64,000 nt of DNA from a virus (lineage: Duplodnaviria; Heunggongvirae; Uroviricota; Caudoviricetes), in IMG/VR virus record IMGVR_UViG_3300038492_000258, positions 44,995-108,994 of that record. The stretch is one strand, 5' to 3'. The notes under the pieces are model-generated. The model was not told the DNA's origin, did no database searches, and saw nothing but the letters and a program-made list of their open reading frames with translations. The translations under genes were made by a program, and so were the position numbers. Of the stretch, positions 10,016 through 20,479 are shown piece by piece. Within the stretch, counting starts at the first letter, position 1; each line of letters begins with the position of its first letter.

Positions 10016-10572
10016 GAGAAATCATATAATAATCGATATCTAAATGTACCTAATCCAGCTCCTCCATATGTACCAACTGGCACATCGGCCCCGCCAAGAA
10101 ATGCCAGATACACATACTGACTAACGTCGTTATCAAGAACGCCACTCATCCATGGTTGCCCAAGGGAAAATTGTGGTTGTTGGATAGTTCCAGATAAGTT
10201 AGTCGTAGTTGGCACAATCGTCGGAGTGTTATTATCTGCGGGAGTTAGTTCAAGGCTGGGAATAAAATGAAATTCTTTTCTCTCCAGGAAGCGATAAAAT
10301 CCCGGGCCAAAGGCCGAAGCATTGGTTAAAAAGAAACGCATATGGTAGACGCCGCTGGCATCACCAAAATCACTCACTCTGGCGTAAACTAGCTTTGTGT
10401 CGCTGACAGCACCCGACCCAGTGATATTAACATTGCCGAAATCAAGGTCTTGGGCTGCACCGGTACCTAGCTGTTTAAGAAAGCCTGCGGCTCCACTCAA
10501 CAGGTCTCGGCTGCCTGACGGATCAACCGTGGGATCTTGTTGGATCCATTGTACTGTGGGAAAATCAACCAT
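10012..10572 (-). CDS. Tail-tip structural protein (paralogue of 8966-9616)
   Basis: Position after the tape measure/distal tail gene; motif sharing with 8966-9616. Confidence 0.65.
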   Translation of the reverse strand: MVDFPTVQWIQQDPTVDPSGSRDLLSGAAGFLKQLGTGAAQDLDFGNVNITGSGAVSDTKLVYARVSDFGDASGVYHMRFFLTNASAFGPGFYRFLERKEFHFIPSLELTPADNNTPTIVPTTTNLSGTIQQPQFSLGQPWMSGVLDNDVSQYVYLAFLGGADVPVGTYGGAGLGTFRYRLLYDFS

Positions 10573-12095
10573 TATAATGACCTCAGTGTAATATCGGACG
10601 TTACGCTCTGGACGTTTGCTAAGTCCACGGTAAATGTGAAGTCCACTGTCGCACTACATGTTAAATCTGTGTCGCTAATAGTTTGAGCAACATTTGAAAC
10701 ACGAATGTCAACATAATTCGCCGGGTTCGCATGAACTGCCTTTAGTCTATTAAGTTCATCCTCCACAAAAGAGATAGCACGGTTTGTGTCCAAAGTAGCA
10801 TCGCCAGTATTCTTAGCCTGTGCCTGACACTGGATAGAAACAGATCCCTCGGTAGTTGTCTTGATATCTTGAATTACATTACCAAGTCGCCTAAACGGAA
10901 TGGCATGGCTTGCGAATAGTCGCACGCCATCTGTAACATTAACCGAACAGGTTCTGCTGACTAGTCCACTAGGCAGGTTGGCCGATGGATCGTCAGTATA
11001 GCTAATATTGAAATCAACCGTGCCGCGACATGTATTCTGTGTAATAGAAGTGCTTGTTACACTGAGTACATCATTCGTGGCAGACGCACCATCTTTATAC
11101 TTTAGATATACTCCAGAAGCGTCATCTGGCAATTGTGGCTTAACTTGATTTAACCAACCAGAACAAGCTCGATCAAATCCAACTCCACCTTGAGCACCAA
11201 AGCTCGGTGACAATGTACGACCCAACCCCTGTACAGTACCAGCGATTGTAATTGTTGCAATACCATTTGCGTCTTCACTAAATGTTTCTTGTCTATTATT
11301 AAAGAAGAATGGCACGCCGCTGACAATGACGAATTGCTCAGTTACAGAGTATGTACCATTCGCAACGTCCGCTACCTCCTCTCTTGTAACAGAAACTTCA
11401 AAGACTGGTCCGCCAGCGGGATTTGATGGATGAATTAAATTGTACAATCCAGACGCATTTGGTTCTGCAAAACACGGCAACTGAATTGGTAGATTTTCAA
11501 TACCCAGTAATGGCTTAACTGCCGCCAACGCTTGATCAAACTTGTCAGCCTCACCATCTGGACCCTCGGCACTCACGTTGTGAGTGACATTAAGTGTACA
11601 GCTATCTTGGTCTTCCTGGAACGTCCACTGGTTTGACAAACTAGAAGTTACACCACTAACGCCAGAAGCCGCAGTAAGGTCTTCTAATTCAACAGTATAA
11701 TCAATTCTGTTAAATTGAAGGTCTGGAGCAATGTTCAGAGAAATTACTTTCGGCGTCAATCCAGAGCAGATCGGTACGCCCTGATTCAGAGTCTTATTTC
11801 CTTCACCAGCCTGAATGACAAAATCTTTATTGTCAACTGAGAATGCTTGACGAAGAGCCTCTTGCTTTTCGTACATTTGCTCATAGCTACCAGACGGCAC
11901 AATGAGCACACTGCCCGTAAGAGTTAGTCGAGTACGCAGACTGGTTCTATTACCGCTATCGTCAAATTGCGGCTCTTCAGTAAAGTCAACCAGCGGGGCG
12001 GGTAATAATCTACACCCGTCCTCTGTCGGCTTACCGTAGTAAACCTCAACCGCTGATAGCGGAGCATTATTAACTTCTGATAAAACGTCGCTCAT
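10572..12095 (-). CDS. Distal tail/hub-like protein (507 aa)
   Basis: Immediately follows the tape measure; beta-rich composition; function by synteny. Confidence 0.6.
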   Translation of the reverse strand: MSDVLSEVNNAPLSAVEVYYGKPTEDGCRLLPAPLVDFTEEPQFDDSGNRTSLRTRLTLTGSVLIVPSGSYEQMYEKQEALRQAFSVDNKDFVIQAGEGNKTLNQGVPICSGLTPKVISLNIAPDLQFNRIDYTVELEDLTAASGVSGVTSSLSNQWTFQEDQDSCTLNVTHNVSAEGPDGEADKFDQALAAVKPLLGIENLPIQLPCFAEPNASGLYNLIHPSNPAGGPVFEVSVTREEVADVANGTYSVTEQFVIVSGVPFFFNNRQETFSEDANGIATITIAGTVQGLGRTLSPSFGAQGGVGFDRACSGWLNQVKPQLPDDASGVYLKYKDGASATNDVLSVTSTSITQNTCRGTVDFNISYTDDPSANLPSGLVSRTCSVNVTDGVRLFASHAIPFRRLGNVIQDIKTTTEGSVSIQCQAQAKNTGDATLDTNRAISFVEDELNRLKAVHANPANYVDIRVSNVAQTISDTDLTCSATVDFTFTVDLANVQSVTSDITLRSL

Positions 12096-12098
12096 CGA

Positions 12099-15000
12099 TT
12101 ACCCCGGTTGTCCAAAGGAACTCAGTAGTCCACGTTCACGTAATACAGTAAAGACCGCTTCTAACTGCTCAGTAATAGCATCCAGTTGCGAAGTCGTTTG
12201 TTCATCAGCAGATGCCGAGATAGTATCTCTAATTTCATCAACCAGGCTATCTAGACCAGTAACAGTAATGGTCTGGTTTTGATTGGTGTCAAGTTGAATG
12301 CTAACATTCTCACCTGTTGTCGGGCTCGAAGCAGCAGTATCAGTATCGGTCAACGATGCGGTTTGGGTTTGAATTGCCGTATTGCTTAGGGCGATGTCAT
12401 TCAATTCACCACGCACACTTTCCAGTGTATTCACGACACGTTCCAGAATTTCGTCCGTACTCTCTGAGCCACCAGTTTCCAGTTGCGAAAGAGCCTGAGT
12501 AACAGAACGAGCAATAGCGGCAACAACAGTTTCGTTAATGCCACGAACTGCATCGATACCTGCGGCAATCGGACTACCGTCTTGGAAGTTAGGAACAAAA
12601 CCAAATTTACGCATCGGAATAATGGCTTCACTCGTATTTGCCACTGCTAATCCAGCACCAGCAGGCATTGCGTTCTTTTCACGCTGAGCCGCACGTAATA
12701 AACCAGCCGCCTCACTAGGTGTTAAATTACCTCCAGCAAAGTTAGGAATGTAACCAGCGTACAACGAACCAACCGCTGCCGCAGCTTCTAGTTGAGATAA
12801 ACGTGCTCCAATCACACTAGTAATACCATCAACAATGCTCTTACCAACGTCTCCGAACACCTTATTCTGTTCTGCAAACAGCTTAGCTTCACGCTCAATT
12901 TGCTTAAGTGTGTTTCTATCATCCGCAGCAATCACACGATTAGTCAACTCAATACGTTCTTGATTGGCTGCCTCAAGTACCGCAATTTCTTCGGCAATAC
13001 CTTCACGCACTAAACCAAGCTCTTCTCGTGCTCGCTCTTCTAGAATCTTAGCGGCCTCTAATTGCTCTTCAGCAATAGCAACCTGTTCTTGAGCTTGTTT
13101 AACTTGCTCAAAAGCAAGAGCAGCTTCCTGTTGAGACAAGCTTTGTAGAATCTGTAACTGTTCAACTTGTTGCGTTGTTAACTCTTCGAGCGAAGGCAGA
13201 CCAACCTCCGGAGCAACACCAGCACCAATCTGACCAATTGCTTTTTCTAACTGTTCAACGCTGAAACCACCAATGCTGGCAGAGTCAGGCAAGAACGATA
13301 AAGCGTCCAGAATCTGTTGACGGAACTCAAGTGGTAAATTCAGTAACTCCTTACTAAGAGAATCAAGCTCACCGCCACTCAAGCCCAAGAAGTTCTCAAA
13401 CGAACCACCGAGCTTCTCTGCAATAAATGCCAGGCCATCAATACCTTGCTGAAGAGCCGCGTTCTCTTCGGCACTCTGTCCAAAGATACCTAAGCCAGCC
13501 TGCGTGATTTGAGACTCAGCCTCCTGCAAGAAAGCTAATGTTTCGTTAGCAAGTTGTCGCTCAAGTGCAATGCGTTGTTCTAAACTAATATTAGCGTCGC
13601 CGAGTGCATCCGTGAAAGCAGCTTCTAAGCTCGCCAATCTTCCAGAAAAGGTAGAAATACCACCTGTTAAAATAGCAATATCTCTATTGATAAGATTAGT
13701 AGTAATCTCAGCTTCGGTTACGGCACCATTGAAGTCAAGAATCGCACCTTGCAAGTTCGCAAATGCGTTCGCCAGATTCTCTGTAGCGTCTAGAGTTTCC
13801 TGCTGAGCACTCTTCAAATTACTCTGTGCGTCTGCCTCTAAATCCGCTAAGTCTGCACGACGACTATCTGCAAACTCTTCAAAGCTTTGCTTACTTTCTT
13901 CTAGAGCGTCATTAAGAGAATCTGTTGCGTCTTCCAATTCTTGCAGCAGTTTTAGTCGCTTCTCTTCTGCTTTACGAGCCTCTTCAGCAGCTTTAGCTTC
14001 TTCTTGAGCAACCTTGATGCGTCCCTTAATAGTATTGATCACACCTTCTCGCTGGAGGTTTTCAATCTCTAGTTGTTTAGCACTCATCTTGAGCTGAAGC
14101 TCATTACGTACAAAAGCACCCTCAGTGCCTTCTGCTGCATTCTCAACCTTAGAGAATTCGTCTTGCAAATTAAATAACTCGTCGCGTAGTCTTTCAACGC
14201 GTACTGCTGTTTCTACAGAAGATTGTTGAAGGGCAATCTGTGCTTTCTCAACTTCCGTTAGATTAGCCAGCTTCTCAATGCTACTTAACGCATTTTCAGC
14301 GTTACCACCAAATTCAATAAGAGCAATCGCAAAATCGTCAGCAGCACGTCCAGCTTCTAAGCTAGCCGCCTGCTGTGCTTGAGCTAATTCTTTTTCTCTA
14401 TCAAGAATACTTTGACGTAATGTCTGTGTAGCAGTCAAACGATCAATCTCAGCCTGCTTAGCGTCCCCCTCAATAGCGATAACTTTACTTACAAAATCAC
14501 GCTCAGATGCCAACACACTATTATTGATACGCTCTAGTTCTTGAACAAGGGCATCACCTTCTTTGGCGAATGCAGAACGCACTTCGCCTAGTAAGGAAAT
14601 TGCACGACCCGGACCAATACCCGCCTCAGGAGCTTCGCTTTCCAGTAACGACTGACGTAAGTCATTGAAGCCCTTTTGTGCAACTAAGAAAGCTTGATCA
14701 GCACGCTCAGCCTCTACTCGTAAACGATCAATACCTTGAGCAAGATTCTCTGGTAACGTACGTGCATCCGCCAACGAAGCGTTCAGCGTAGTAAATCGAC
14801 TAGCTGCTTCAGCAAAATTCTTGATGTCTTCGAAAGCAGGAGCAAACGTTTCTTTCAGCAGACCAGTCGTTTCATCGATCTGCTTATCAACAACACCGAA
14901 GGCACGCAACAAGATTCTACTGCGTTCCGCAAGACTTAGTGTGCTATCACCATTCTCATCATAAGCGTCTTTCAATTCCTGAGCGGCTTCTGCGTTAGCA

Positions 15001-17192
15001 AACAATTCATTGTTAAGTTTAGCAATATTGCGGTTACCCTCATCACTAAACAACGCACGCTGTAACTTGCCAGTGTCTAAACCAGTAGCACCCAAGCTCT
15101 CAAAATCTTCAAGTAGTTTATCAAATGCCCCAGTAACATCTACGTCACCAAACTCTTGTTCGTTAAGGCTGCTTGATAGGTTTTCGGCAATAATTTGTCC
15201 TAACGAACCCGAGAGATCAGTAATTGCACCCTGAATCTTGGCTTCATCAAATTCAAGACCAACAAGCTCTTTGATGGCATCCGACTGTTCTTTCTGACGA
15301 TCAACCGTATCACTAATGACACTACCCAATGTGGCTAACGTACCAGCCACTAATCCAGCTTTAGCACCCAAGATACCAAATTGTAAACCAGTCTGAAGGC
15401 CAAAACCAGCCGCCTTACGGAAGTTGTCACCAATTTCAAATGCGGCAGGCACGATTGAATCAAACGCACTGGTCAGACCATTAAGTACTGGCACAGCCGC
15501 GATAGAAGCAGCAGTAAATGCTAACAACTGAACTCGGCTATCTCCAATAGCAGCTTGCCACTTATTGTTAGCTTGAATCGACTTTTCAACCGAAAGACGT
15601 TGACGTGTACGATCCTTGAAGTCATCTCGACCAACAGCGGTCTGCAAACGACGTGCAGACGGACGATCCTCTAGTACACGAACACCATTCTTTCTGATAA
15701 GTAATTGCTGATTGAATAATTGAAGTCCACGAGTCGCTTGATCCGTAGCCGTCTGCATTTGGATAAGCTCTTGAGAAGTCTTCTGAACACCAGGAATTGC
15801 CGGGAGCCCACCCTTACCGCCTTTGCCTCCAGCACCGCCACCACCGACGCCGCCAAATCCACCAAGACCAAACACAGCTCTACCTAACCGAATACCACCA
15901 ATAGCAAGTAGTGGAGCAACCGAAACACCAATCTTATCAAAGATCTGTACTAGTTTAGTAGCAACGCCAACAAGCACTCTAGCGGAACCAACGGCACCCT
16001 TAAGAACATCACCAATACCAGCATCACCAATCGCTTGAGCAAGTCCTTGAGAAGCCGTTGTTAATTGTGTAAGCTGGAACTCAAGCGACTCAGCAATGAC
16101 CGCCTGCTTAGCTTTTGCAGCACCATCTGCATTAGAGGCAGCAGCGGATAATTCTGTTGCACGATCAAAAGACTTGATAACACCAAGGAAAGATTCAAAC
16201 TGACGAACACCAGCAATAGACTTAGCCGCATTAGCCTGTTCTGCTTCCGTTAAGTTATTGAACGCATTTTCTAGGTCGCCCAAAACATCGATAAGGGGAC
16301 GAAGGCTACCATCTAAATTTTTGACTTCAACACCCAATGCACGAACAGCCTGCTGTGGCTCACCAGCAGCAGTGATTCGAGTGGACAGAGTTTTGAAGAA
16401 CGTACCAACTTCTCGACCAGACTTACGTGTCTGCTCTCTAAGGGCAGCAATCAAACCAATAGTGTCATCCACACTTTTTGTAGCGAAAGCAAGAGCGTTA
16501 CCACCAGTACGGAAAGCTTCAGCAATATCCTGGGCACCAGCCGCAGCAAGGTCTTCTACTTTTACAACCTTATCGAGAGCAGACTCAAGGTCACCAGCTT
16601 GATCACCGAAAATCTGTGTTAATGCAACAACAAACTCTTGCGACTCAGCAAGATCAAGTGTCGAAGTTCTAGCAGCAAGCGTGGACACACGAGCCTGTTC
16701 GAACGCCTCTTCAATCGTAGCACCAGCTTGCTTGAATAGACGAATACCTTGAACAACCTCAGTGGCAGTAGAACCAAATTCAGTACCAATCTTAAGAGCC
16801 TGATCAGCAATCGCACCAAACGAATCCGCAAGACCATCAATATCAAGAGCCTGAATTTTACGAATCTCTGCTTCAAAATCAACTAAGAATCTAACACCAC
16901 CCTGCAAAGCTCTATTTAGGGTAGCGAACGTCGGCAGCAAGATAGCAAACTGTGCCATACGCTGCAAGAATTGACGTGCAGCACGTTCACCATTTGTCAG
17001 TTCAGTCTTAACGTCACGTACACCACGACCAAGCCTACGCATACCTGTGTTAGCTTTGGTAGCTGCACGTCCTGTGTCAGCCAAAGCTCCGGGCAGACCG
17101 GCAGTAGCACGACTAATCTGAGTAAACACACTCCGATCAATCTGTACACCAGTAAGCTTTAAAATAGCTTCTAATTGAACTGTATTAGCCAT
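12099..17192 (-). CDS. Tape measure protein (TP901/PhageMin_Tail-type core)
   Basis: 1697 aa, Ala/Leu/Glu-rich helical; core DFEAEIRKI...FGSTATEV...LDKVVKV...DIAEAF...IGLIAAL...GREVGTFFKTL; C-terminal GYIPNFAGG. Confidence 0.93.
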   Translation of the reverse strand: MANTVQLEAILKLTGVQIDRSVFTQISRATAGLPGALADTGRAATKANTGMRRLGRGVRDVKTELTNGERAARQFLQRMAQFAILLPTFATLNRALQGGVRFLVDFEAEIRKIQALDIDGLADSFGAIADQALKIGTEFGSTATEVVQGIRLFKQAGATIEEAFEQARVSTLAARTSTLDLAESQEFVVALTQIFGDQAGDLESALDKVVKVEDLAAAGAQDIAEAFRTGGNALAFATKSVDDTIGLIAALREQTRKSGREVGTFFKTLSTRITAAGEPQQAVRALGVEVKNLDGSLRPLIDVLGDLENAFNNLTEAEQANAAKSIAGVRQFESFLGVIKSFDRATELSAAASNADGAAKAKQAVIAESLEFQLTQLTTASQGLAQAIGDAGIGDVLKGAVGSARVLVGVATKLVQIFDKIGVSVAPLLAIGGIRLGRAVFGLGGFGGVGGGGAGGKGGKGGLPAIPGVQKTSQELIQMQTATDQATRGLQLFNQQLLIRKNGVRVLEDRPSARRLQTAVGRDDFKDRTRQRLSVEKSIQANNKWQAAIGDSRVQLLAFTAASIAAVPVLNGLTSAFDSIVPAAFEIGDNFRKAAGFGLQTGLQFGILGAKAGLVAGTLATLGSVISDTVDRQKEQSDAIKELVGLEFDEAKIQGAITDLSGSLGQIIAENLSSSLNEQEFGDVDVTGAFDKLLEDFESLGATGLDTGKLQRALFSDEGNRNIAKLNNELFANAEAAQELKDAYDENGDSTLSLAERSRILLRAFGVVDKQIDETTGLLKETFAPAFEDIKNFAEAASRFTTLNASLADARTLPENLAQGIDRLRVEAERADQAFLVAQKGFNDLRQSLLESEAPEAGIGPGRAISLLGEVRSAFAKEGDALVQELERINNSVLASERDFVSKVIAIEGDAKQAEIDRLTATQTLRQSILDREKELAQAQQAASLEAGRAADDFAIALIEFGGNAENALSSIEKLANLTEVEKAQIALQQSSVETAVRVERLRDELFNLQDEFSKVENAAEGTEGAFVRNELQLKMSAKQLEIENLQREGVINTIKGRIKVAQEEAKAAEEARKAEEKRLKLLQELEDATDSLNDALEESKQSFEEFADSRRADLADLEADAQSNLKSAQQETLDATENLANAFANLQGAILDFNGAVTEAEITTNLINRDIAILTGGISTFSGRLASLEAAFTDALGDANISLEQRIALERQLANETLAFLQEAESQITQAGLGIFGQSAEENAALQQGIDGLAFIAEKLGGSFENFLGLSGGELDSLSKELLNLPLEFRQQILDALSFLPDSASIGGFSVEQLEKAIGQIGAGVAPEVGLPSLEELTTQQVEQLQILQSLSQQEAALAFEQVKQAQEQVAIAEEQLEAAKILEERAREELGLVREGIAEEIAVLEAANQERIELTNRVIAADDRNTLKQIEREAKLFAEQNKVFGDVGKSIVDGITSVIGARLSQLEAAAAVGSLYAGYIPNFAGGNLTPSEAAGLLRAAQREKNAMPAGAGLAVANTSEAIIPMRKFGFVPNFQDGSPIAAGIDAVRGINETVVAAIARSVTQALSQLETGGSESTDEILERVVNTLESVRGELNDIALSNTAIQTQTASLTDTDTAASSPTTGENVSIQLDTNQNQTITVTGLDSLVDEIRDTISASADEQTTSQLDAITEQLEAVFTVLRERGLLSSFGQPG

Positions 17193-17838
17193 TTAGATTC
17201 TTTTTAAATAGGTCCGTGATCTTCTCTGTAATTAATCTTTGAACAATAGCGGAATTCGATCGAAACCAAGCATCTTCATAGTTTTGCAATCTGCTAGGAA
17301 ATCTCCACAGCCCAGTACTACCTTGTACCCCACGAGGAAGCATCAAACCACCAAGAGGTTGACCAAGCCGAATGTTCTTTTGCATACTAGGATCAATATC
17401 GCTACGAGGAACATAGCCTCTACCGGCTTCAGTACCATCCAAAACCCATTCGAGCCAAGATCTAATATTGAGATGTCCTTGACCCTTAGCGGGGTGCTGC
17501 GTAGCTACTTTCAATTGTGCGACATTTCCAAACTTTAGTCTGATGACTCGCTTTCTTCTTTCAACCTTGAATGCCTTTGTCTCATACGCTTTAAGTAATT
17601 TCGGAGGCTCTGTAGCCTCGATACCCAACTGACTCAAACCCTCTCGACTACTTACAAATTTATAAAATTCAGTCTGTGCAATACCCTGAAGACCCATTCC
17701 GCCAAACACTAAAGCTCTAACAAGTGTGGTTTCTAACCAAACCTGCAACTCTACCAGGCTCTTTTCCCAGGCTGTGCCAATATGGCCCCTAAGAATTCTC
17801 GCCGGATTTACTAGCTTTAGTTGCCACTTTGCGGCCAC
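17185..17838 (-). CDS. Hypothetical virion-assembly protein; probable GTG start at 17838
   Basis: ORF track 17185-17877; GAGG SD precedes the GTG at 17838. Confidence 0.65.
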   Translation of the reverse strand: MAAKWQLKLVNPARILRGHIGTAWEKSLVELQVWLETTLVRALVFGGMGLQGIAQTEFYKFVSSREGLSQLGIEATEPPKLLKAYETKAFKVERRKRVIRLKFGNVAQLKVATQHPAKGQGHLNIRSWLEWVLDGTEAGRGYVPRSDIDPSMQKNIRLGQPLGGLMLPRGVQGSTGLWRFPSRLQNYEDAWFRSNSAIVQRLITEKITDLFKKNLNG

Positions 17839-18586
17839 GAGTCTTCCTCTTTCTCTTAGGCTTCGCGGGGGCGTCATCCTCTTCCATCTCAGCAGCGGCT
17901 CCTTTAGCCCTGTTCATTAGTTCTTCTTGTACCTTTTCTTCCACTTCACGATCGAGCATACTTTCCCGAACATCCTTGATATATTTAGTCTCAGGATAAG
18001 CACCCTCAATCGCCTGCGTATTCGCTTTTAACAAAGCAGAGTGAACTCCAACTACCTGCATATAAACAGTAGACTTCAGATTCTCGTCACGCTCTGTGAC
18101 AAACTCTGAATAGTCCTTCCAATATCTCTGCCCAGTAGCTTTCACGCGAGTACATGCCGCCATAATCACTTCTGACTTAACGGTCTCAGCCATACCTTCG
18201 GCGGAATTCATATAGACGGTGTGCTGCATTAGAAATAGCTCAAACATACGATCTCGTGTAGACGCCATCTTCGTGGCAATCTCAACACACTTCTCGTCAT
18301 CGCCCTGAGTTTGGGCTTTATCAAGATCGATCTGGAGCTTAGCCAGCTCACCAAGGACACGACGGGTTTCCTTCTCATCCTCATCTGTCCACATTTGGAA
18401 TTGCTGCATTCTCTGGCGAAGAACTTCTTTCGGGAAAATGCCATTCGCGAGAGCCTGGCTATAGGCGATCTTGTAATGCCGCTCGCCTTCATTCTGAATA
18501 GCCAGATTTGGCTCAATCAGCTCAAATTCCATTTCGGCCCCATGGCGATCAGCCGCCCTGAAGTCTCTCTTAACGGTTTCGTTCAT
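17789..18586 (-). CDS. Putative tail assembly chaperone
   Basis: Between tube and tape measure; helical; shares WT[DE]ED and [ST]AE..A motifs with 19143-20336. Confidence 0.55.
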   Translation of the reverse strand: MNETVKRDFRAADRHGAEMEFELIEPNLAIQNEGERHYKIAYSQALANGIFPKEVLRQRMQQFQMWTDEDEKETRRVLGELAKLQIDLDKAQTQGDDEKCVEIATKMASTRDRMFELFLMQHTVYMNSAEGMAETVKSEVIMAACTRVKATGQRYWKDYSEFVTERDENLKSTVYMQVVGVHSALLKANTQAIEGAYPETKYIKDVRESMLDREVEEKVQEELMNRAKGAAAEMEEDDAPAKPKRKRKTRGRKVATKASKSGENS

Positions 18587-18588
18587 TC

Positions 18589-19146
18589 CTAACTCCTATA
18601 TAATTTAACAATCTTCTGACGCCACTCTTTGTACTTTTCCCTGACCCCGGCATGCAAACGATACCTGTCCATTATAGTTAGTACACAATTTACGCAAGAA
18701 TCGAGACCAACAATTTCTAATACTAGCGAAGGAAATTGAGCATCATTATCTTCGTATAAAACGCCTGCCTCAAACTCATTTCGGACAGCACCCATTACCT
18801 TAGTTTTATCTTTCCCAGCATATATCTTAATGTAGGGCACATTGTCAATCGTCCACCCAAAATCTACTTTTTGAACAGTCTCCAGGAACGTTCTAGTCAT
18901 CTCCAGAGTATTGTCTGGATTTGATCTAAGAGGACGATATTCAACATGGTAATCGTGCAGCTCATCTCTTTGAGCACGAATTACATCGTTACAGGCGGTT
19001 TTCAAATCAGACTTGAAGAGCTGACTATCTCGCGATCCCTCAAGGTCTGAAAACTTATTTTCAAAATTTTGCAGCATCTGAACCATCAAGTGTTTCAGTC
19101 TGCGTTCCGTGCTCCTTAGGAGCTGATCTCGGGAGGTGTGTTTCAT
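18589..19146 (-). CDS. Hypothetical protein (185 aa)
   Basis: ORF track; coupled to both neighbours. Confidence 0.7.
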   Translation of the reverse strand: MKHTSRDQLLRSTERRLKHLMVQMLQNFENKFSDLEGSRDSQLFKSDLKTACNDVIRAQRDELHDYHVEYRPLRSNPDNTLEMTRTFLETVQKVDFGWTIDNVPYIKIYAGKDKTKVMGAVRNEFEAGVLYEDNDAQFPSLVLEIVGLDSCVNCVLTIMDRYRLHAGVREKYKEWRQKIVKLYRS

Positions 19147-20336
19147 CTATCCATCCTTATAATCTTCTCTTGTGGCGACATAAATTTACGGAAGCCACTT
19201 TTTTGATGACGAAGATGATGTTCTTCAACAGTGCCAACGCCATGTACGCTTTCTTGTTCGCGATCCATTATCTCACGAACTCTCTTAGAATTTCTGCCAT
19301 AAACTTGTCTTGCCATAGCCTCCTTTTCAGTCGGAGTATATGCTTTCCATTGACCAAACAAACAATCACCAGCATGGCGTGGTTTCTCACCAAGCCCCTT
19401 AGGTTTAGCAGTACCTACACCACATGTACATGTTTCAACATAATAACCATCTAAAATCTTCATCTGTTCTTGGTGACCCGAAACCTTATCCATCTTTGTA
19501 TCCTCAGATTTCTCAAGGTCCCTATTGGCTAACCATTCATCCAACTTTTCATCATCTTCAATGATATCTGGATCTGGACGCTTGGGATCCTCATAGACAG
19601 AATCATAAACTCTACTCCAATAAATCAATAGTTTCTGATTCATTGAAAGATCACTAATTGGCTTACTAAATAAAGCGTCCAAACGTTCTTTACTGAGTGT
19701 CCAAATTAAACGCCAGTCTCCAGAACGAGCTACCTCACGAATTTCAGATGTTTCCCAAACTTGCTCAGATAAACAATTATGAGCTAGAAAGATAACAAAT
19801 GGAAAGAACCGTTCACGACAACGTAGGAATTCTTGCTCAGTGGGCCAAAGAGGAGTCTCATCAAACTTGAGCACCACTCTTTGTAATAGTTCTAAAGCGG
19901 CAATTTCATGAGCGTGATATTCAGCCGTTTGAGTCTTAAGGTTCTCAGACTTACGAAATGTATCTTCATAAGCTTTCTTAGCCTGTTTAATCTGATGCTC
20001 CAAACTCTTCTTTCTAGCCAGATGTTTTTGACGAGCTAACTCACTTCTTAAGAACTTGAGATGTTCGTCTGATTTCTCAAGAATCACTTTATCTTCTTCT
20101 GTCCAATATTCAGCCCGTTCAGCATTCTTGAAAATTTCGGCTTCAGATGGAACGCTCGCTCTACGAGCCGCAACCAATTCTGACTCGCGTTTATGAATAT
20201 AATAGTTACGATCCTGAATCGTAGCATCACGCACAATAACGTGCCTAATGTCATCAGGACCGTCAATCTCATCGGGAATTAGCAGATAACGCCTATCCCA
20301 CATTAGTAATTGAATCTTCTCAGAGATAGTCAACAT
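19143..20336 (-). CDS. Putative tail assembly chaperone-like protein; start revised to ATG 20336
   Basis: The ORF-track N-terminus (20337-20384) crosses a terminator hairpin. The C-terminal part (IYWSRVYDSVYE...PDPDIIEDDEKLDEWL) resembles pre-tape-measure chaperones by position and composition. Confidence 0.6.
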   Translation of the reverse strand: MLTISEKIQLLMWDRRYLLIPDEIDGPDDIRHVIVRDATIQDRNYYIHKRESELVAARRASVPSEAEIFKNAERAEYWTEEDKVILEKSDEHLKFLRSELARQKHLARKKSLEHQIKQAKKAYEDTFRKSENLKTQTAEYHAHEIAALELLQRVVLKFDETPLWPTEQEFLRCRERFFPFVIFLAHNCLSEQVWETSEIREVARSGDWRLIWTLSKERLDALFSKPISDLSMNQKLLIYWSRVYDSVYEDPKRPDPDIIEDDEKLDEWLANRDLEKSEDTKMDKVSGHQEQMKILDGYYVETCTCGVGTAKPKGLGEKPRHAGDCLFGQWKAYTPTEKEAMARQVYGRNSKRVREIMDREQESVHGVGTVEEHHLRHQKSGFRKFMSPQEKIIRMDR

Positions 20337-20340
20337 AATA

Positions 20341-20363
20341 AAAAAGCACCGCATACGCGGTGC
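20341..20363 (-). terminator. Rho-independent terminator
   Basis: GCACCGC-GTAT-GCGGTGC plus T-run on the minus strand. Confidence 0.75.
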
Positions 20364-20416
20364 TAGGCAGATGACACAAATCATCCGTGTTCGAGAAGTC
20401 TAATTATCCTAGCACC

Positions 20417-20466
20417 AAAAACGAAAGACTCCGGTCAGGCCACCCCCCGACAACCCAACCAGAGTC
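20417..20466 (-). terminator. Second hairpin/terminator after the tail tube gene
   Basis: GACTCTGGT...ACCGGAGTC stem followed by TTTCGTTTTT. Confidence 0.5.
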
Positions 20467-20479
20467 CTCCGACGTTATC

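Noticed and set aside
17789-20336. Programmed -1 frameshift in tail chaperone genes
   Set aside because: No convincing slippery heptamer seen near the stops by eye
20337-20384. N-terminal extension of the 413-aa track ORF
   Set aside because: Runs through a terminator hairpin; ATG 20336 is more plausible
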